This document shows, in pieces, positions 14,201-29,200 of a stretch of DNA of 64,000 nt. Source of the DNA: Hypanus sabinus (taxonomy: Eukaryota); the NCBI RefSeq assembly GCF_030144855.1, contig NC_082739.1, positions 17,360,001 to 17,424,000 on the forward strand, given 5' to 3'. The notes under the pieces were generated by a model. It did no database searches. It was not told the origin of the DNA and worked only from the letters and a program-made list of their open reading frames with translations. A program made the position numbers and the translations under genes. How positions within the stretch are numbered: position 1 is the stretch's first letter; each line of letters opens with the position of its first letter.

Positions 14201-17200
14201 CTGCATACTCTAATAATTGACATGTGTTAATGGATACCTGGAGGACAAACAAACTCTGTGAAGTTTCCACGCTGGTCAAGGGAGTGAGGGTGGGACCCAA
14301 GATACCTGGACACATTGGCTTGAATCTGAGTTTGGCTGTTGCATGTTCCACGTGGGCAATAAAAACCCGGGCGGCAAAGGCCTGAAGGAGCACTAAGACC
14401 TTTTCTGTCACAGACATGACCGGCTACAGAAGACAAATTCATTAAATAAGATATGGTTAATAATGAAAGAAAGCAATCAGAATTCAAGCTGAAGTTGGCA
14501 GTTACAGTTTAAATTTTATTCACCAGATATGATAGCCACCATAAATATCATATTCACTGCTGGGCCAAGGATCTGAACATTGTAAATATATCTTAAGGTG
14601 CATCCTTTACTGTTGGTTCATAACAAGGTTATATCAGGGTTGCAAGGTGACTTGTGACTATAAGTGCCCAGATGAATTTCACTAAAAGCATGATTAGACT
14701 TTGAAATGGTAATAAATGTGATTTACACTTGGTTAAGTTCTTTTATTTTAGATTGCAGAGTAAAACATCATGTGATTTAAATTTCTAGGTGCATCAGCAA
14801 CGTTTTTTTCATAATCAAATTCTCAAATTTTATTCCATACCCAACCCAACTAGCTAACTGCCCTAGTGAGCCACAGTCATTGGTTGTTTCACTAACCTGG
14901 ACAAGCAAGGCACTCCAAGTCACTGTGAGCTGTTGTTCTATTGTTATAAGTTCCAACTGGGCATGGATATTGAGTAGGATGTGAAGTACCTCCAGGGCAA
15001 TAATAACCTAATTTCAATCAAAGAGATAACTTTGTTATTTGTTACACGATCAGTATCAATTATGAAGAGCTTGCTGTAAGCAACGCTGTCACCATGAACA
15101 AAAGGTAGCATTGGCTTGTGGAATTTACCATCAGTAACAATGCAAGTTAATTTGGCAGATTTTCTATATGCAGATAAAAATGCACGTATCTGATATAAGA
15201 TGATTTTCAGATTAAAGGCTATTAAGTATGAAATTACCTGGCCAGCAAGGTGTCAAGAGAAATGATGTAGAGGATTCTGCACAGTAATACCCAGGTTTAC
15301 AGAGATCACACTCTGATTGACGGCTTCTGTCACTATAGCTCCCTGCTGGACATGAGGTTGGTTTTGAGCTCCCAGGTGGACAAAATGTACCTTCCAAACA
15401 TGGTCCTAAAATGAAAATTGTGTGCACATCATTGTGATGACCAGATATACTTATTACTATTGGAAGTAACTGGTAGTTGCATGTGTATCATAAATATGCA
15501 ATGCCTATTGTAAAACAAAAAGGCTAAAGGAAGATATGATAGAGGTGGTGACAATTGTGTAAGATTTGAGAGAATGAAAGGAGGACAATTACTCCAGCTG
15601 GGTTATGTATTGCAATGTGCCAGCAGAAAATTGAATCCAATTACATGTCTCTACAGTCATACGCTGCTCTGAAGAAGTATTAATATTTCACTATGCTGGC
15701 TGCAAGCTCACCTCCTATGCCTGTGTTGTTGCCTTCGGGTGTAGGAGTATCAACTCCCATCTGACAGTAATACCCAGGTGAACATGGCCCAGTCACTTGA
15801 TCTGCTCCATCTTCACTGCAGAAGAAACCAGCATCACATGGCGCGCAGTCAGGCAATGCCTGTAGTCCCAGAGCTGCACCATATGTACCTATGAAAGCAA
15901 AATATAAAATGTTTACAGCTGCTGAAGTTAACAATTGTTTGTCATAATGATGTCTGTGATCATAAAGATACATTGTCCAAAATACAATTAACATGTTTGG
16001 CTCCATTTTTAAGAGAAAGCCCAGCTTTGCGATTGGAATCGGTAGTCAGAGTTGTACTGGTCGACAGAAGCATTCACTTTCTAAATGCAACATCCATTAA
16101 AACTAAGCTTCTGCAATAATTAAGAAGTTCACAAAATGGAAAGGTTGAATGGCTATTTTTCCGGCATTGAACTATGACAGCGTTTATCGTAACACCATGT
16201 CAGTAGGCTCTCTATGTTGGTAAAATCTACAAACTTGTCGATGGAGTTAGAGTAGACTTTGATCACACAGTTGGGAGTGTCCAAGGAGTAGAATAGGGGG
16301 CTGAGGATGTAGCCTTGTGGGGCACCAGTATTGAAAATATTATTTGCCATTTACACTAAGAACCAAAGACGGGCTCCTGCTTACGACAAGACATTGAACA
16401 AAGAATATTGGTTGGGTCTTTAACTTACTCAGAAAAGGCACTTTGATCTCTACAAGTGAGAGCTGCTATGTTTTTTGCAAAGCTGATCTGGGCAAAAAAA
16501 GAAGGCCTTGTGGCCCTGGACAGTGAATATCCGTCACAACTGAAGGGGTTGAGGAGGAGATTGAAAGTACTGTGGTTTACAGAGAACCTTTCCTAAGCAA
16601 AAGTAAGAGAAATTAACTCAAGCACCAATTTCTACATTTGTTACCTTTTGGACATTTCTTCCAGTTGAGACCAGTTTGCGTTGGACAATAATATCCTTTA
16701 GGGCATTTTTCAATTCTATTACCATCAGTACAATAGTGTCCTGAAGGGCATATGTCACAGCCATCAGCATGTGTGTAGAGCATATATGTTCCTACAGAAA
16801 CAAAAGATAAGTTTCCTGTTCCAAAATTAAATAAATAAGGTTCCTAGAGCTTCAGAAGGGTTAAAACCTACATTGTGAAGGTAAAATTCATGAACATTGT
16901 AAGACCACAAGACATAGGAGCAGAATTAGACCATTTGGCCCAGCGAGTCTGCTCCGCCATTTCATCATGGTTGATCCAATTTTCCTCTCAACCCCAATTT
17001 CTTACCTTCCCCCCATATCCCTTCATGCCCTGACCAATCAAGAATCTATATACTCAATGACTTGGCCTCCACAGCTGTTCGTGACAAAGAATTCCATAGA
17101 TTCACCACTCTCTGGCAAAAAAAAAATCCTCTTCATCACTGTTCTGAAATAACGCTCCTATATTCTGAGACTGTGTCTGGTGGTCTTAGACTCTCCCACC

Positions 17201-20200
17201 ATAGAAAACATCCTCTCCATCAAGGCCTTTCACCATTCAGTGAGGTCACTCTTCCTTCTGAGTACCAGTGAATACAGGTCCAAAGCTATCAAATGCTCTT
17301 CATATGACAAGCTGTTCAATCCTGGAATCATTTTTATGAACCTCCTTTTCACCTTTTCTAGTTTCAGCACAACCTTTCGAAGATAAAGTGTCCAAAACTG
17401 CTCACAATACTCCAAGTGAGGCCTCACCAGTGCTTTATAAAGCCTCAACATTACAGCATTACATTCTAACTTTTACATTCTTGACCTCTTGAAATGAATG
17501 CTAACATTGCATTTGCCTTTCTCACCATAGATTCAACCTGTAAATTAACCTTAGTGAATTCTGCATAAGTACTCCCAAATCCCTTTGCTCCTCAGAGTTT
17601 TGTACTTTCTCTCCATTAAAAAATAGTCAACACTTTCATTTCTTTAAAATGTGCATGACCATACACTTCCTGACACTGCATTCCATTTGCCACATCTTTG
17701 TCCACTCTTCTAATCTGTCTAATTCCTTCTGTAGCCTCTCTGCTTCCTCAAAACTACCTGCTCTTCCCACCTATTTTCATATTGTCTGCAATCTTTATAA
17801 CAAAGGCATCAATTTCATCATCCAAATCATTGACATATAATGTAAAAAGAAACAGTCCCAACACAGACCCCTGTGGAACATCACTAGTCATCGGCAGCCA
17901 ATCAGAAACGACTCCCTTTACTCCCACTGCTTGCCTCTTGCCAATCAACCACTGCTTTATCCATGCTAGAATCTTACTTGAAATACCATGGCTTGTAACT
18001 TGTTAAGCAGCCTCATGTGTGGCATCTTGTCAAAGGCCTTCTGAAAATCCAAGTACACAACATCAACTGATTCTCCTTTATCTCTCCTGCTTGATATTTC
18101 TTCAAAGAATTCCACCAGTTTTGTCAGGCAAGATTTTCCCTTGAGGAAACCATGCTGATTACGGCCCATTTTATCACGTGCCTCCAAGTATCCTGAGACC
18201 ACATCCTTAATAATCCACTTCAACATCTTCCCAATCAGTGAGGTCAAACTAACTGGCCTATAATCTCTTTTCTTCTGTCCTTCTCCCTTCTTGAAGAGTG
18301 GAGTGACCTTTGCAAATTTCCAGTCTTCCAGAACTATTCCAGAATCTAGTGATTCTTGAAAGATCAATCAATCTCTTCAGCCACCTCTTTCAGAACATTG
18401 GGTGTACATCATCTGGTCCAGATTACATATCTACCTTCAGACCTTTCCGTTTCCCAAGAGCCTTCTCCCAAGTAATGGTAACTTCACATACATCATGACC
18501 CCTGACACCTGAACTTTCACCATATTGCTAGTGTCTTCCACTGTGAAGACTGATGCAAAATACTTATTTAGTTCAACTACCATTTCCTTGTCCCCCATTA
18601 CTATCTCTCCAGCATTGTTTTCCAGAGCTCCAATATCCACTCTCACCTCTCTGTTACACTTCATGTATCTGAAGAAACTTTTGGTATCCTCTTTAATATT
18701 ATTGGCTAGCTTAACTTTTGCATTTTATATTTACCTTCTTAATTGGTTTTTAGTTGTTTTCTGTTAGTTTTTAAAAGCTTCCCATTCCTCTAACTTCCCA
18801 CTATTTTGCTCTGTTATATGCTAGCCTCGGTTGTGTCATCTTGGCTTTAGAATACTTCTTCCTCTTTGGGATGTATCTATCCTGTGCCTTTTGAAATGCT
18901 TCCAAGAATTCCAGCAATTGCTACTCTACCATCATCACTGCCAGTGTTCTTTTCCAATCAATTCTGGTCAACTCCTCTCGCATGCCTCTGTAATTCCCTT
19001 CACTCCACTGTAATGCTGATACATCTGACTTTAGCTTCTCCTTTTCAATTTTCAGGGTGAATTCAATCATATTATGATCACTTTCACCTAAGGGTTCTTT
19101 TACCTTCAGCCCTCTAATCGATTCCAGTTCATTGCAAAACACCCAATCCAGAACATCTGTTCCCCAAGTGGGCTCAACCATGAGCTGCTCTAGAAAGCCA
19201 TCTCATAGGGATTCTAGAAATTACCTCTTCTGGAATCCAGCACCAACCAGATTTTCCCAATCTACGTCCATACTGAAATCCCACATGACCATTGTAACAT
19301 TGCCCTTTTGGCATGCATCTTATATCTCCTGTTGAAATTTGTAGGCCACGTCCTTCCTACTTTTCGGGGGTCTATGTATAACTCCCATGTGGAATTGCGA
19401 ATCCCTTGATTTACTTACTAATTTTTAACAAGTCAATAAAAATGTGTTGTCTGCACTGGAATTCCCTGAAACTTGATAGATTTAAAACCATGGACTAAGC
19501 AAAGATCTGCAAATTCTAGGCAATAATATTTTGCCACTCAAATTTCAGTGCTCATTGTAATTTCCTGATCCAAGAAATTCTGGGTCCTACCATCCATGGC
19601 TCTGCTTGGCTAACGCTCACACAAGGTGGAGGTTCAATGGAAGTTGGTTCACTGACATCATTGACTCATTTGGTGCTTCACTCACTTCCCAAAGGGCAGA
19701 CTAAGGTGGACTACAGTGAGAGGAAGAGTAAGGGAGAGGCTGATAACTATACATTAACTGGGGTAGTGTTCCTGCAGAAGAAAGACCTTATGATAACTGA
19801 AAAGTATTAAATTAATTTGGCAAGCTTTTAAATTGGTAAAATTAGTTGATTATTTTCATATGTATTGAGGTACAGTGAAATGCTTGCATTCTGTTCATAC
19901 CGAGTAATTCTGTACAACAGTGCTTTGAGGAAGCACAAGATAAAACTATAACAGAGTGCAGAGTAACAGCTATAAAGTGCAGTGTGGGTAGGTAATGCGG
20001 TGCAAGGTCATAATGAGGTAGATTGTGAGATCAACAGTCCATCTTATATTATGGAACTGTTTGATAGGCTTCTGTAACTTCTGGAGAGAGAAGAGAGGAT
20101 GTCTGGAGTAGTTGGGGCCTTTGATTATAGAACATAGAATAGTACAGCACAGTACAGACCCTTTGGCCCACAATGTTGTGCTGACCCTTAAACCCTGCCT

Positions 20201-23200
20201 CCCATATAACCCACCCCCACCTTAAATTCCTTCATATACCTGTCTAGTAGTCTCTTAAATTTCACTAGAGTATCTGCCTCCATCACTGACTCAGGCAGTG
20301 CATTCCACACACCAATCACTATCTGAGTAAAAACCCTTCCTCTAATATCCCCTTTGAACTTCCCTCCCCTTACCTTAAAGCCATGTCCACTTGTATTGAG
20401 CAGTGGTGCCCTGGGGAAGAGGCACTGGCTGTCCACTCTCTATTCCTCTTAATATTTTGTATACCTCTATCATGTCTCCTCTCATCCTCCTCCTCTCCAG
20501 AGAGTAAAGCCCTAGCTCCCTTAATCTCTGATCATAATGCATACTCTCCAAACCAGGCAGTATCCTGGTAATTCTCCTCTGTACCCTTTCCAATGCTTCC
20601 ACATCCTTCCTATAGTGAGGCAACCAGAACTGGACACAGTACTCCAAGTGTGGCCTAACCAGAGTTTTATAGAGCTGCATCATTACCTCGTGACTCTTAA
20701 ACTCTATCCCTTGACTTATGAAAGCTAACACTCCATAAGCTTTCTTAATTACCCTATCTACCTGTGAGGCAACTTTCAGGTATCTGTGGACATGTACCCC
20801 CAGATCCCTCTGCTCCTCCACACTACCAAGTATCCTGCCATTTACTTTGTACTTTGCCTTGGAGTTTGTCCTTCCAAAGTGTACCACCTCACACTTCTCC
20901 AGGTTGAACTCCAACTGCCACTTCTCATCCACCTTCTGCATCCTATCAATGTCTCTCTGCAATCTTCGACAATCCTCTACACTATCCACAACACCACCGA
21001 ACTTTGTGTCATCTGCAAACTTGCCAACCCACTCTTCTACCCCCACATCCAGGTCGTTAATAAAAATCACGAGAAGTAGAGGTCTCAGAACCAATCCTTG
21101 TGGGACACCACTAGTCACAACCCTCCAATCCGAATGTACTCCCTCCACCATGACCCTCTGCTTTCTGCAGGCAAGCCAATTCTGAATCCACCTGGCCAAA
21201 CTTCCCTGGATCCCATGCCTTCTGACTTTCTGAATAAGCCTACCGTGTGGAACCTTACTGTTGCTGGCTACTTTACTGATGCAATAAGAAGTGTCGACAG
21301 AGTCTATAGGGAGGTGACCATTTCCATGATGTGTGGTGTCCAGAATGCTTTACAGTTTCTTCAGTCTCATGTAGAGCTGTTGCCAATCAAGCTGTGATGC
21401 ATCCAGATAGGATGTTTTCTGTGGTGCATTGATAGAAATTGGTGAGGGTCAAAGGGGGCATGCCAAATTTCTTTAACTTCCTGAGCTTTCTTGGTCATAG
21501 CATTAACATGATTGGAACAGGACAAGCTATTGATAACCTACACTTCTTGGAACTTGAAGTTCTCAACCTTGCCGACCTCGGCACCATTGATGTAAACTGC
21601 TGCCTTCCAGAAGTCGATGACCAGCTCTTTGGTGTTGCAGTTATTGTGGGAAAGGTTATTGTCATGGCATCATGGCTCTAGGTCCTCTATCTCCTTCCTG
21701 TAGTCTAGTACATCATCACTTGAGATACAGCTCACATATTAGCTGCATACTTGTAGATGAGGTTACAGCAGAATCTGGCCACTCAACTGTGAGTGCATAG
21801 GGAGTAGAATAAGGCAAAAGGGACTCTGCCTTGCAGGCACCAGTGCTAAGGATAATCATGGCTGAGGTGTTGTTGCCTGTCCTTACTGATTGCTGTCTGT
21901 CAGACAGGAAGTCAGTTATCTAGTTGCAAAGGGAGATGTTGATTCCCAGGTGTAGGAGTTTGAAGATGACTTTGATTGGAATTATAGTATTGCATAATTA
22001 TAGTATTGACTGTTAGTCAATAAGCAATCGTCTAATATTGGTGTCTTGATTGTCCAAGTACTCCAGAGTTGAGCATAGGGCCAGGGAGATTGTGCCCGAC
22101 ATAGACTTTTTTCAGCAGTAGGTGAATTGCAATGGGTCACATTGTCTGTGAGGCTGAAGTTAATGCATGCCATGACCAGCCTCTCAAAGCACCTCAGGAT
22201 GGTAGGTGCCAGAGCCAGAAGGTCTATTTTTTAATTTAACTGCTATGGTAGTAGCAGAAACTGAAGAATTATGATTGGAGTGGATCTTGCTCAGAGTTGT
22301 TCAAAGCTCTCAAAAGTGTCAGCATTAACCCCTCAGCTAATTGTGTAGTTTTAGCTAGCTGCCCAGGATGCCAAAAACCTTGTGAACTCAGTTGTAGGAC
22401 CAAATGTGCAATTTAAGCCCAAACTGCTTCACTGTTTTGCATCTTGAAAAATTGAATTCTGTTTTCTATCCATTGAGATTTGTAAGTTATTTTGTTAAAC
22501 AATTATAAACACAAAAGATTCTGCAGTTGCTGGAAATCCAGAGCAACACACACAAAATGCTGGAGGAACTCACGGGTAAGGCACTATCCATGGAAATGAA
22601 TAACCAGTCAACACTTCGGGGCAAGACTCTACATCCAAACTCCTTGCACAAACAGATTCACTTGTTATGAATGCATGCTTGAAAGATTTACTTGCCATTT
22701 CTACATGCCCAAGGCTGGCTAGAAGCAGCTGGGCAATAATGCCCCACAGGGCACGGAGCACCCATGCTGCCATCCAAAGGGAAGGCACTTCTCGAACCAG
22801 AGACGCAGTAAAATCCAGCTGAACAGTCTCCTGGAAGAAAAGGGAGGAGATTTCTTTCAAAATTGAACTTGGAATTATAAATTTATTGCTCCATTGTTAA
22901 AAATGACAAATATAGGATTGACTTAAAAAACTGTTCATCTTTTAATTTCCTTCCAGTTTATTAAATCATTCTGGAAATGAACACTTTATATTCTGCAGTT
23001 ACACCTTCTATTTGATATATTCTGGTCAGTCCTGCTGACTGATTTGATACACAGAGATATATAAAAGCAATATAATGGAGTTAAATAGAGATAGATAAAA
23101 TACTTTATTATTTTAAAATTGTTCTGACATTATTTTTATTGCAGCCTTATTGGTAACAACTTAAAATAGACTGCTCCTTATGGTTTTGCAAGACTGAATC

Positions 23201-26200
23201 GGTCACATGCTAATTCCAATCTAAAGGGAGAATACAAGGTGTGCTGAAGGCTGAATCATCTTCCTAAAAACTGGAACAATTTATTCTCATAATTCTTAAT
23301 ATATTTCCCTCATACTGTCTTTAATCATATTAAACCAACAACACAAAAGGTTATCTTTCCTTTCGAAGTGGCTCTAGAGGTAATGTGCCTAATTGCTGTG
23401 AATTCATGTTTAGTGATATTACTACTTAAATAGTGACTTCGCAATCTTCATTCAACCATACAACTGTGTTGAAAACTGGTTTGGCTTTCTGGCAGAAGAA
23501 AAGCTTGGATGTAAAGCTGGGTACGAGAGAAACAGAACTGATTCTGTGGAAATACATTTTCTCCGACTTTTCTCTTGAACCCACACTTCCCAATCTTACC
23601 CTAGTCTGATAAACATGAGAATGGCTGCAGTTTCCAAACTATATTGGTGAACTCAAAGAGATAATGGAAGGAAGATCACTGTGATCTGAGTCTGGGTCAT
23701 ATCGCCCTATCATCAAAGATCCTGCCATCCAGGCAAAGCCATCTTCTCATAGTTACCATCATGCAAAAGCTCCAGAAGTTCAACACCACCAAGTTCAAGG
23801 CCCTCAATAGCCCTCAATCATTTGATTCTTGAACCAATCTGCATTACTCTAATCATTGCTTCAGTATAGCAACACCATGGCTACTTTGATCATTTTGCGG
23901 TACTTTGTCCTTTTTGCTGTAATTGTGTTCTTTCCTGTAAAACTTGGTTGTTTTTCTTGAGAACGCTGCTTATCTGTTGCAAGAAAGTTACTCATTTCTT
24001 AGTGCATATGACAATAAACTTGACTTTGATTTCATTTGCTGCTCAGCATGCTTTGCTATATTATTTGTTAAATTTTGAATGACATACTATTTGACTGAAT
24101 TAATATCATTTCATCATATTGAAGAACACATATTAAATTACCTTTGAACGTGATGTGATTAGACACATTTAATATTTAATATCACATTTAATATCCGATA
24201 CTTTATCGGAACAAATCCTTACCAGAAACATTACTTTGTCCTTGACTTTCACAATATTTTCCACCTGGACAAGGCAGACATTCATTTCTGGATGTCACAC
24301 CTGACAAAGGTTGGTAAGTTCCTGGGGGACAAGGTTTAGGACTGTTAGTCCCAGAAGGGCAGAAATAACCTGGTGGACACTTATCCCCTGTTTGATCTCC
24401 AAAAGGACTCCCTGTTCTGGCACCAAGCACACAATAATGCCCTGGGAAACAAGGTCCAGTTGGAGAAGCAAGCCCTGGGGAAAAAAAGATAAGAGGTAGA
24501 GAAATTGAACATTTGAAACACTCAAAATAATTGTAAAACACTATCTGGCAAATTCCATGATCCTACCTGGCTAATAGAGACTTTGGTCAGAGTACAGATC
24601 CAAGCATATGGTTACAGCATATCATGATGTAGAGAATAATACATTTACACAACTCTAGTATTTAATCTGACCTACAGTGGGTAATCAAGTACTTCATAAA
24701 ATTGTAACATTAAATCTGTACAATTGTAGAATAATAAATATTGAAGTTTATATAGGTTTAAAATAAGTTGAGAGTGGAACCAGAAACATTTTCTTGTGAA
24801 TAATATTATTTGTCTATGAAAATACTTAACAAAGAAAATACTGATGTTATCTCCAGTAACTGAGCTAGGAAGGAAAAATATGATTACAGCTGATTTGCTC
24901 ATGGTTGTAGTGTTTGGTTATATTCTTAATCGTGCCCCCTTCAAATCTAACCTCATTTTCATGTTTGCAAAATGCAATTTTGATTTTATAGTCCTGATAA
25001 ATGCCTGCTCCAGCAAAAATTTGAGCATTTTGTCGCCTACCAGATCCATGTGTTTATAACACTGTACTTGAACCTCTCCAGTCAAACTGCAGTTTTTTGG
25101 CACAGTGTCAAAGTCATTGGCATGCCATGAGATCATGACAAAGATAATCTGACCCTCTATCTCCAGCGCAATCTTTGACACAGATGACCACACCATCCTC
25201 CACCAATGTTTCTCTGCTACAGTATAACTGAATAGAACTGGCCTTGCTAGTTCCATTAAAATGTATCCACTGGAGTCAAGGAGATACCAGTGATGGTTTA
25301 TTTTCCTGTGGCCACATTTCTTTCTGGCATTCATGAAGGATATAGCCATCTACCCATTCTATTTCTTTTCCTGCTCTTCATGAATACAACATTGGCTTCC
25401 AGGTGTTTGGTGATTATTTCCTTTTTACTTCTGCATTCCCTTTCAGGGCTGTTCCATTATCTGAAATTATCAAACTAGTTGCACCAAATCCAGCTTTGGA
25501 TGAACAGACATTTCCTCAATTAAACACTAAGAAGACTAAACCAATGTCCATCATTCCCCACAGCCTCAAATTAAGGTAATGGCCCTTTAAAGCTGAATTG
25601 AGGAGGAATTTCTTCAGCCAAAGGGCAGAGACTCTGCAATTCATTGCCACAGAGGATGGAGAAAGCCAATTCATTTGGGTATATTTAAGGGAAAGATTGA
25701 GAGGCACTTGTTTGGATTATGAGAAGGCAGAACAGGGTTAAATAAAATATGATTGAATGGCAGAACAGACTTAATGGGCCAATGGCCTAATTCTGCTCCT
25801 ATTAAGGTCTAATTTGTTTGATAATATCCCTTTGAAACACCTTGTGCTTCAATTCTTAAGTTAAATGCACTAGAAGATATTCTTGCTGATTTTGTTGAAG
25901 ACTACAGACAAATCTGATTATGAATATCTTAGGAATGATTGAGTTATGGTTTTAATGAACAATGCATAATGTTAATAAGCTCCAAAAAGCTGGAGTTGGG
26001 TCTTAAACATTTGTGTACAGTGTCTGAAACTCGCCTACTCAATGAATTGGTTACATCATGTCTTCACAACTTGTGGATATAGAAATCAGTGTACCTTTTG
26101 TCCAGGTTTTTAATAATTAAAATAACTGGCATTGTATCTAGGTAAGTATCTGTCAGTAAGTGATGGGAATGTTCCTCCACCTCAATGATAGAATTCTTGT

Positions 26201-29200
26201 CTGATATTGTACTGAAAGAGTTAAAAGCCCACAGTCTCCATAATGAGCAGGTACATTAAATCAGGAAGATAAGTAAAGCAAGAGATCTTGATTCATAGGA
26301 TTCTTGAAGCTTTGAAGCATGCAGATGAGGTACATTAATGCATGTGAAATGACAAGATCACTTGTTATTTTCTTGGAGACAAGTGAGTCTGGTTCAGTTG
26401 ATAACATAAAACTTGTTAAGGAATAATTAGTTTCAGAATTGTAGCTGACTGGAATGCATAGATTAGAAAAGAAGTGTGGACTTTCTTGATTATATGAGTA
26501 GCAAACAAGCTCTTTGTACTTCTCGGCCGGATCTGTGCCAAGGATCCAAGGATCTCTGAGATTTTCTAGACCACTTGTTGTAAATTGGAGTGCCTGATGA
26601 GCAGAAAGGTGTGAGACTTGTTCTTTCATCAAGCATACTACACTCATTTTTATATATTTTTTTCCAATATCATCTTGTTATTCCTTAAACATCCTGTAGC
26701 AACCTTGACGTGTTCTTTCTCCCTCATTGATTTAAATCCTCAAAACGCATTTATTTCCTCTTATAGATATCAGAGATCTGCATTTCAAGCAATTCTAGTT
26801 GTTGATACAAAAACATTTTGAATTTCATAAATTTGAACAACACATGGAGGTTTAAGTGCTAAACTACTTTAATTATTTATTATCACATGCCAATAAGACA
26901 TCTATTTTATAGCTTTTATTTTCCTATACCTTCCATGTCACAGTAGAAACCTGGTGTACACAGAACACATTCCATAACAGATGACAGACCATCCCTAGGG
27001 CCAAATGTTCCAGCTGGGCATCTTATTCCATAGCCAGAACCTTGGGGGCAATAGTGCCCAGGTGGACACAGGTAACCAGTGATGTTATCTGAAGGGCAGG
27101 AGGTGGTGGCCCGCAGCAAGCAAACACAGCCTGGGTCACAAAGACCGGAGTAATGACTCAGACCTGAAAAACAATTGAAACAATTGAAAAATGAGCACTG
27201 CAAAAACTACTTTTGACAGAAGACATTTTGATAGGTACATGGATAGAAAAGACTTAGAGAGATTTGGGCCAAATACAGGCAAATGGGGCGAGCTTAGATG
27301 GGCATCTTGGTTGGCATGGATGAATTGGGACAAAGGACCAGTTTCCATGCTGTATTATTCTATAACTCAAAGAGTTGAAATATGCAAGGTCTCAGCAAGG
27401 AAATATCAAATTCTAACAAATGCACAAAAGGTACATGTTTTTCACCAGTGGTGATGTGAACTTTGGTGATAGTATCATTATTATTTACTTCATTCCTAAC
27501 TACTGAAGCAAGACTCTTACCTTCTACTGCACAATATTTCCCTCTTGGACATGCCTCACACTGCTCAGCACTGACTTGAGCCGTCTGGTTACTGTAAGAA
27601 CCCTGTGGACATGGATACTGGATTCCTTGAATGCAGTAATAGCCAGCTGGACAGTCAATGGGTTGGACTGAGACTGGTTTATTTTCGATGTGTTGTCCAG
27701 ACAGGTGGAGTGGACCACAATACCTAGAGCAATATAAACTAGCATTTTACTCGCCTGCAAATTTCATACATAAACATTTCAATGCAATGGAAAAAGTTAA
27801 ACAGCATTAAAACGGATGGCTTCATTGAGCGGACTCAATTTGTTGTTTTTTTTAAGCTGAGCTGCCTTCGTCTCATTAAACCATTAATCAGTTATGGCTT
27901 TCTCCTCCTGAGTCCTCCACAGATTCTCTTCACCTTTGATCCAGTCCCATTATCTTAGTTGTTTTATCAGTCTTAATTCAATGGTCAAACGTATAAAATT
28001 GCTCCCATGGACCATCTGGCTCTTAGTATAAACAAGAGAAAATCTGCAGATGCTGGAAATCTGAGCAACACACACTAAATGCTGAAGGAACTCAGCAGGC
28101 CAGGTATCATCGAGGAAAAGAGTACAGTCGGCATTTCAGGCCTGCTCTGGAGAAGTTTAATTCTTCTCTTTCCAGCATTTGCAGATTTTCTCTTGTTTGT
28201 AATTCGATTGCAACACTGTGAAGTCTCTTCCAGGGATGACTACCCTGAAGAAGTTTAAATCTTCCCATCCTGCCAAAGGGCTTTGGCCTGAAACATTTAC
28301 TGTACTCTTTTCCTAGATGCTACCTAGTTTGCTGAGTTCCTCCAGCATTTTGTGCATGTGTCTCTTAGCATGCATTGTTGCCATAAGTCATTGGAGCAGA
28401 AATAGGCTATGTGGCCCATCAAGTCTGCTCCACCATTTCATCAAGGCTGATCCATTTCCCTCTCAGCCCCAATCTCCTGACTTCTCCCTGTAACCCTTCA
28501 TGCTCTGACCAATCAAGAATTTATCAATTTCTGCCTTAAATATACATAACGACTTGGCCCATTATTGCCTATATCTACTTTAGCTGTATAATTCTGATCC
28601 CTTTACTGATGCCTCTTGCCTTCACAAAGCTTTACTATGCCAATATATCTTGGCTGTTCCTCTGTTCATTGGTCTCCCTTAAAAAGCTGTTCACTACATT
28701 CTACATTGGTTCATTTATTTTCAAAATAAACACAGGGATGAAAATATTCAATCCATTTCATGATCTCTCCCTATACCTCCTTGATCTTAAAAATTACTAT
28801 CCATCTTACACCTGCCCATTCCTTGGATAATCACCCCCTGCTTATGGCTCCATGCTTGGGATCTTCTCATCTAAAGCTTTTCTCTTTAGTTAACATGCTT
28901 CTGAAAATCCTTTTGTGAAAAGCAGAACACCAATTTCTCCCAAAACCGGAACAAGACGATGTTTAAATTAATATTTCTGTTTTGTGGAAACTTACTTTCC
29001 AAATGGGCATGGCTTGCAATGTATTTGTCCATTTTGATCCTGATACTGCCCAGGAGGACATGGCTTGGGATTTGAACTGCCAGAGGGACAGTGGTGATCA
29101 ATTGGACAAATGAACCCTGTGAAAGATAGAATGAATAGGTGAGCTGCAGACACACAATCTGCTGAAGGAACTCAGTGAGTCGAAGAGCATCTGTTGGGGG

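Noticed and set aside
20375-21199. Reverse transcriptase ORFs (also 32664-33305, 45634-46218, 54701-55372) as host genes or retron/DGR-like systems
   Set aside because: They are 5'-truncated, frameshifted CR1 or Rex1 LINE fragments with typical 3' tails in a eukaryotic intron.
24918-26647. ORFs of 143 aa (24918-25349) and 128 aa (26261-26647)
   Set aside because: No recognisable motif or Cys repeat, and w14 joins w15 in frame without them. Possibly decayed repeat sequence.
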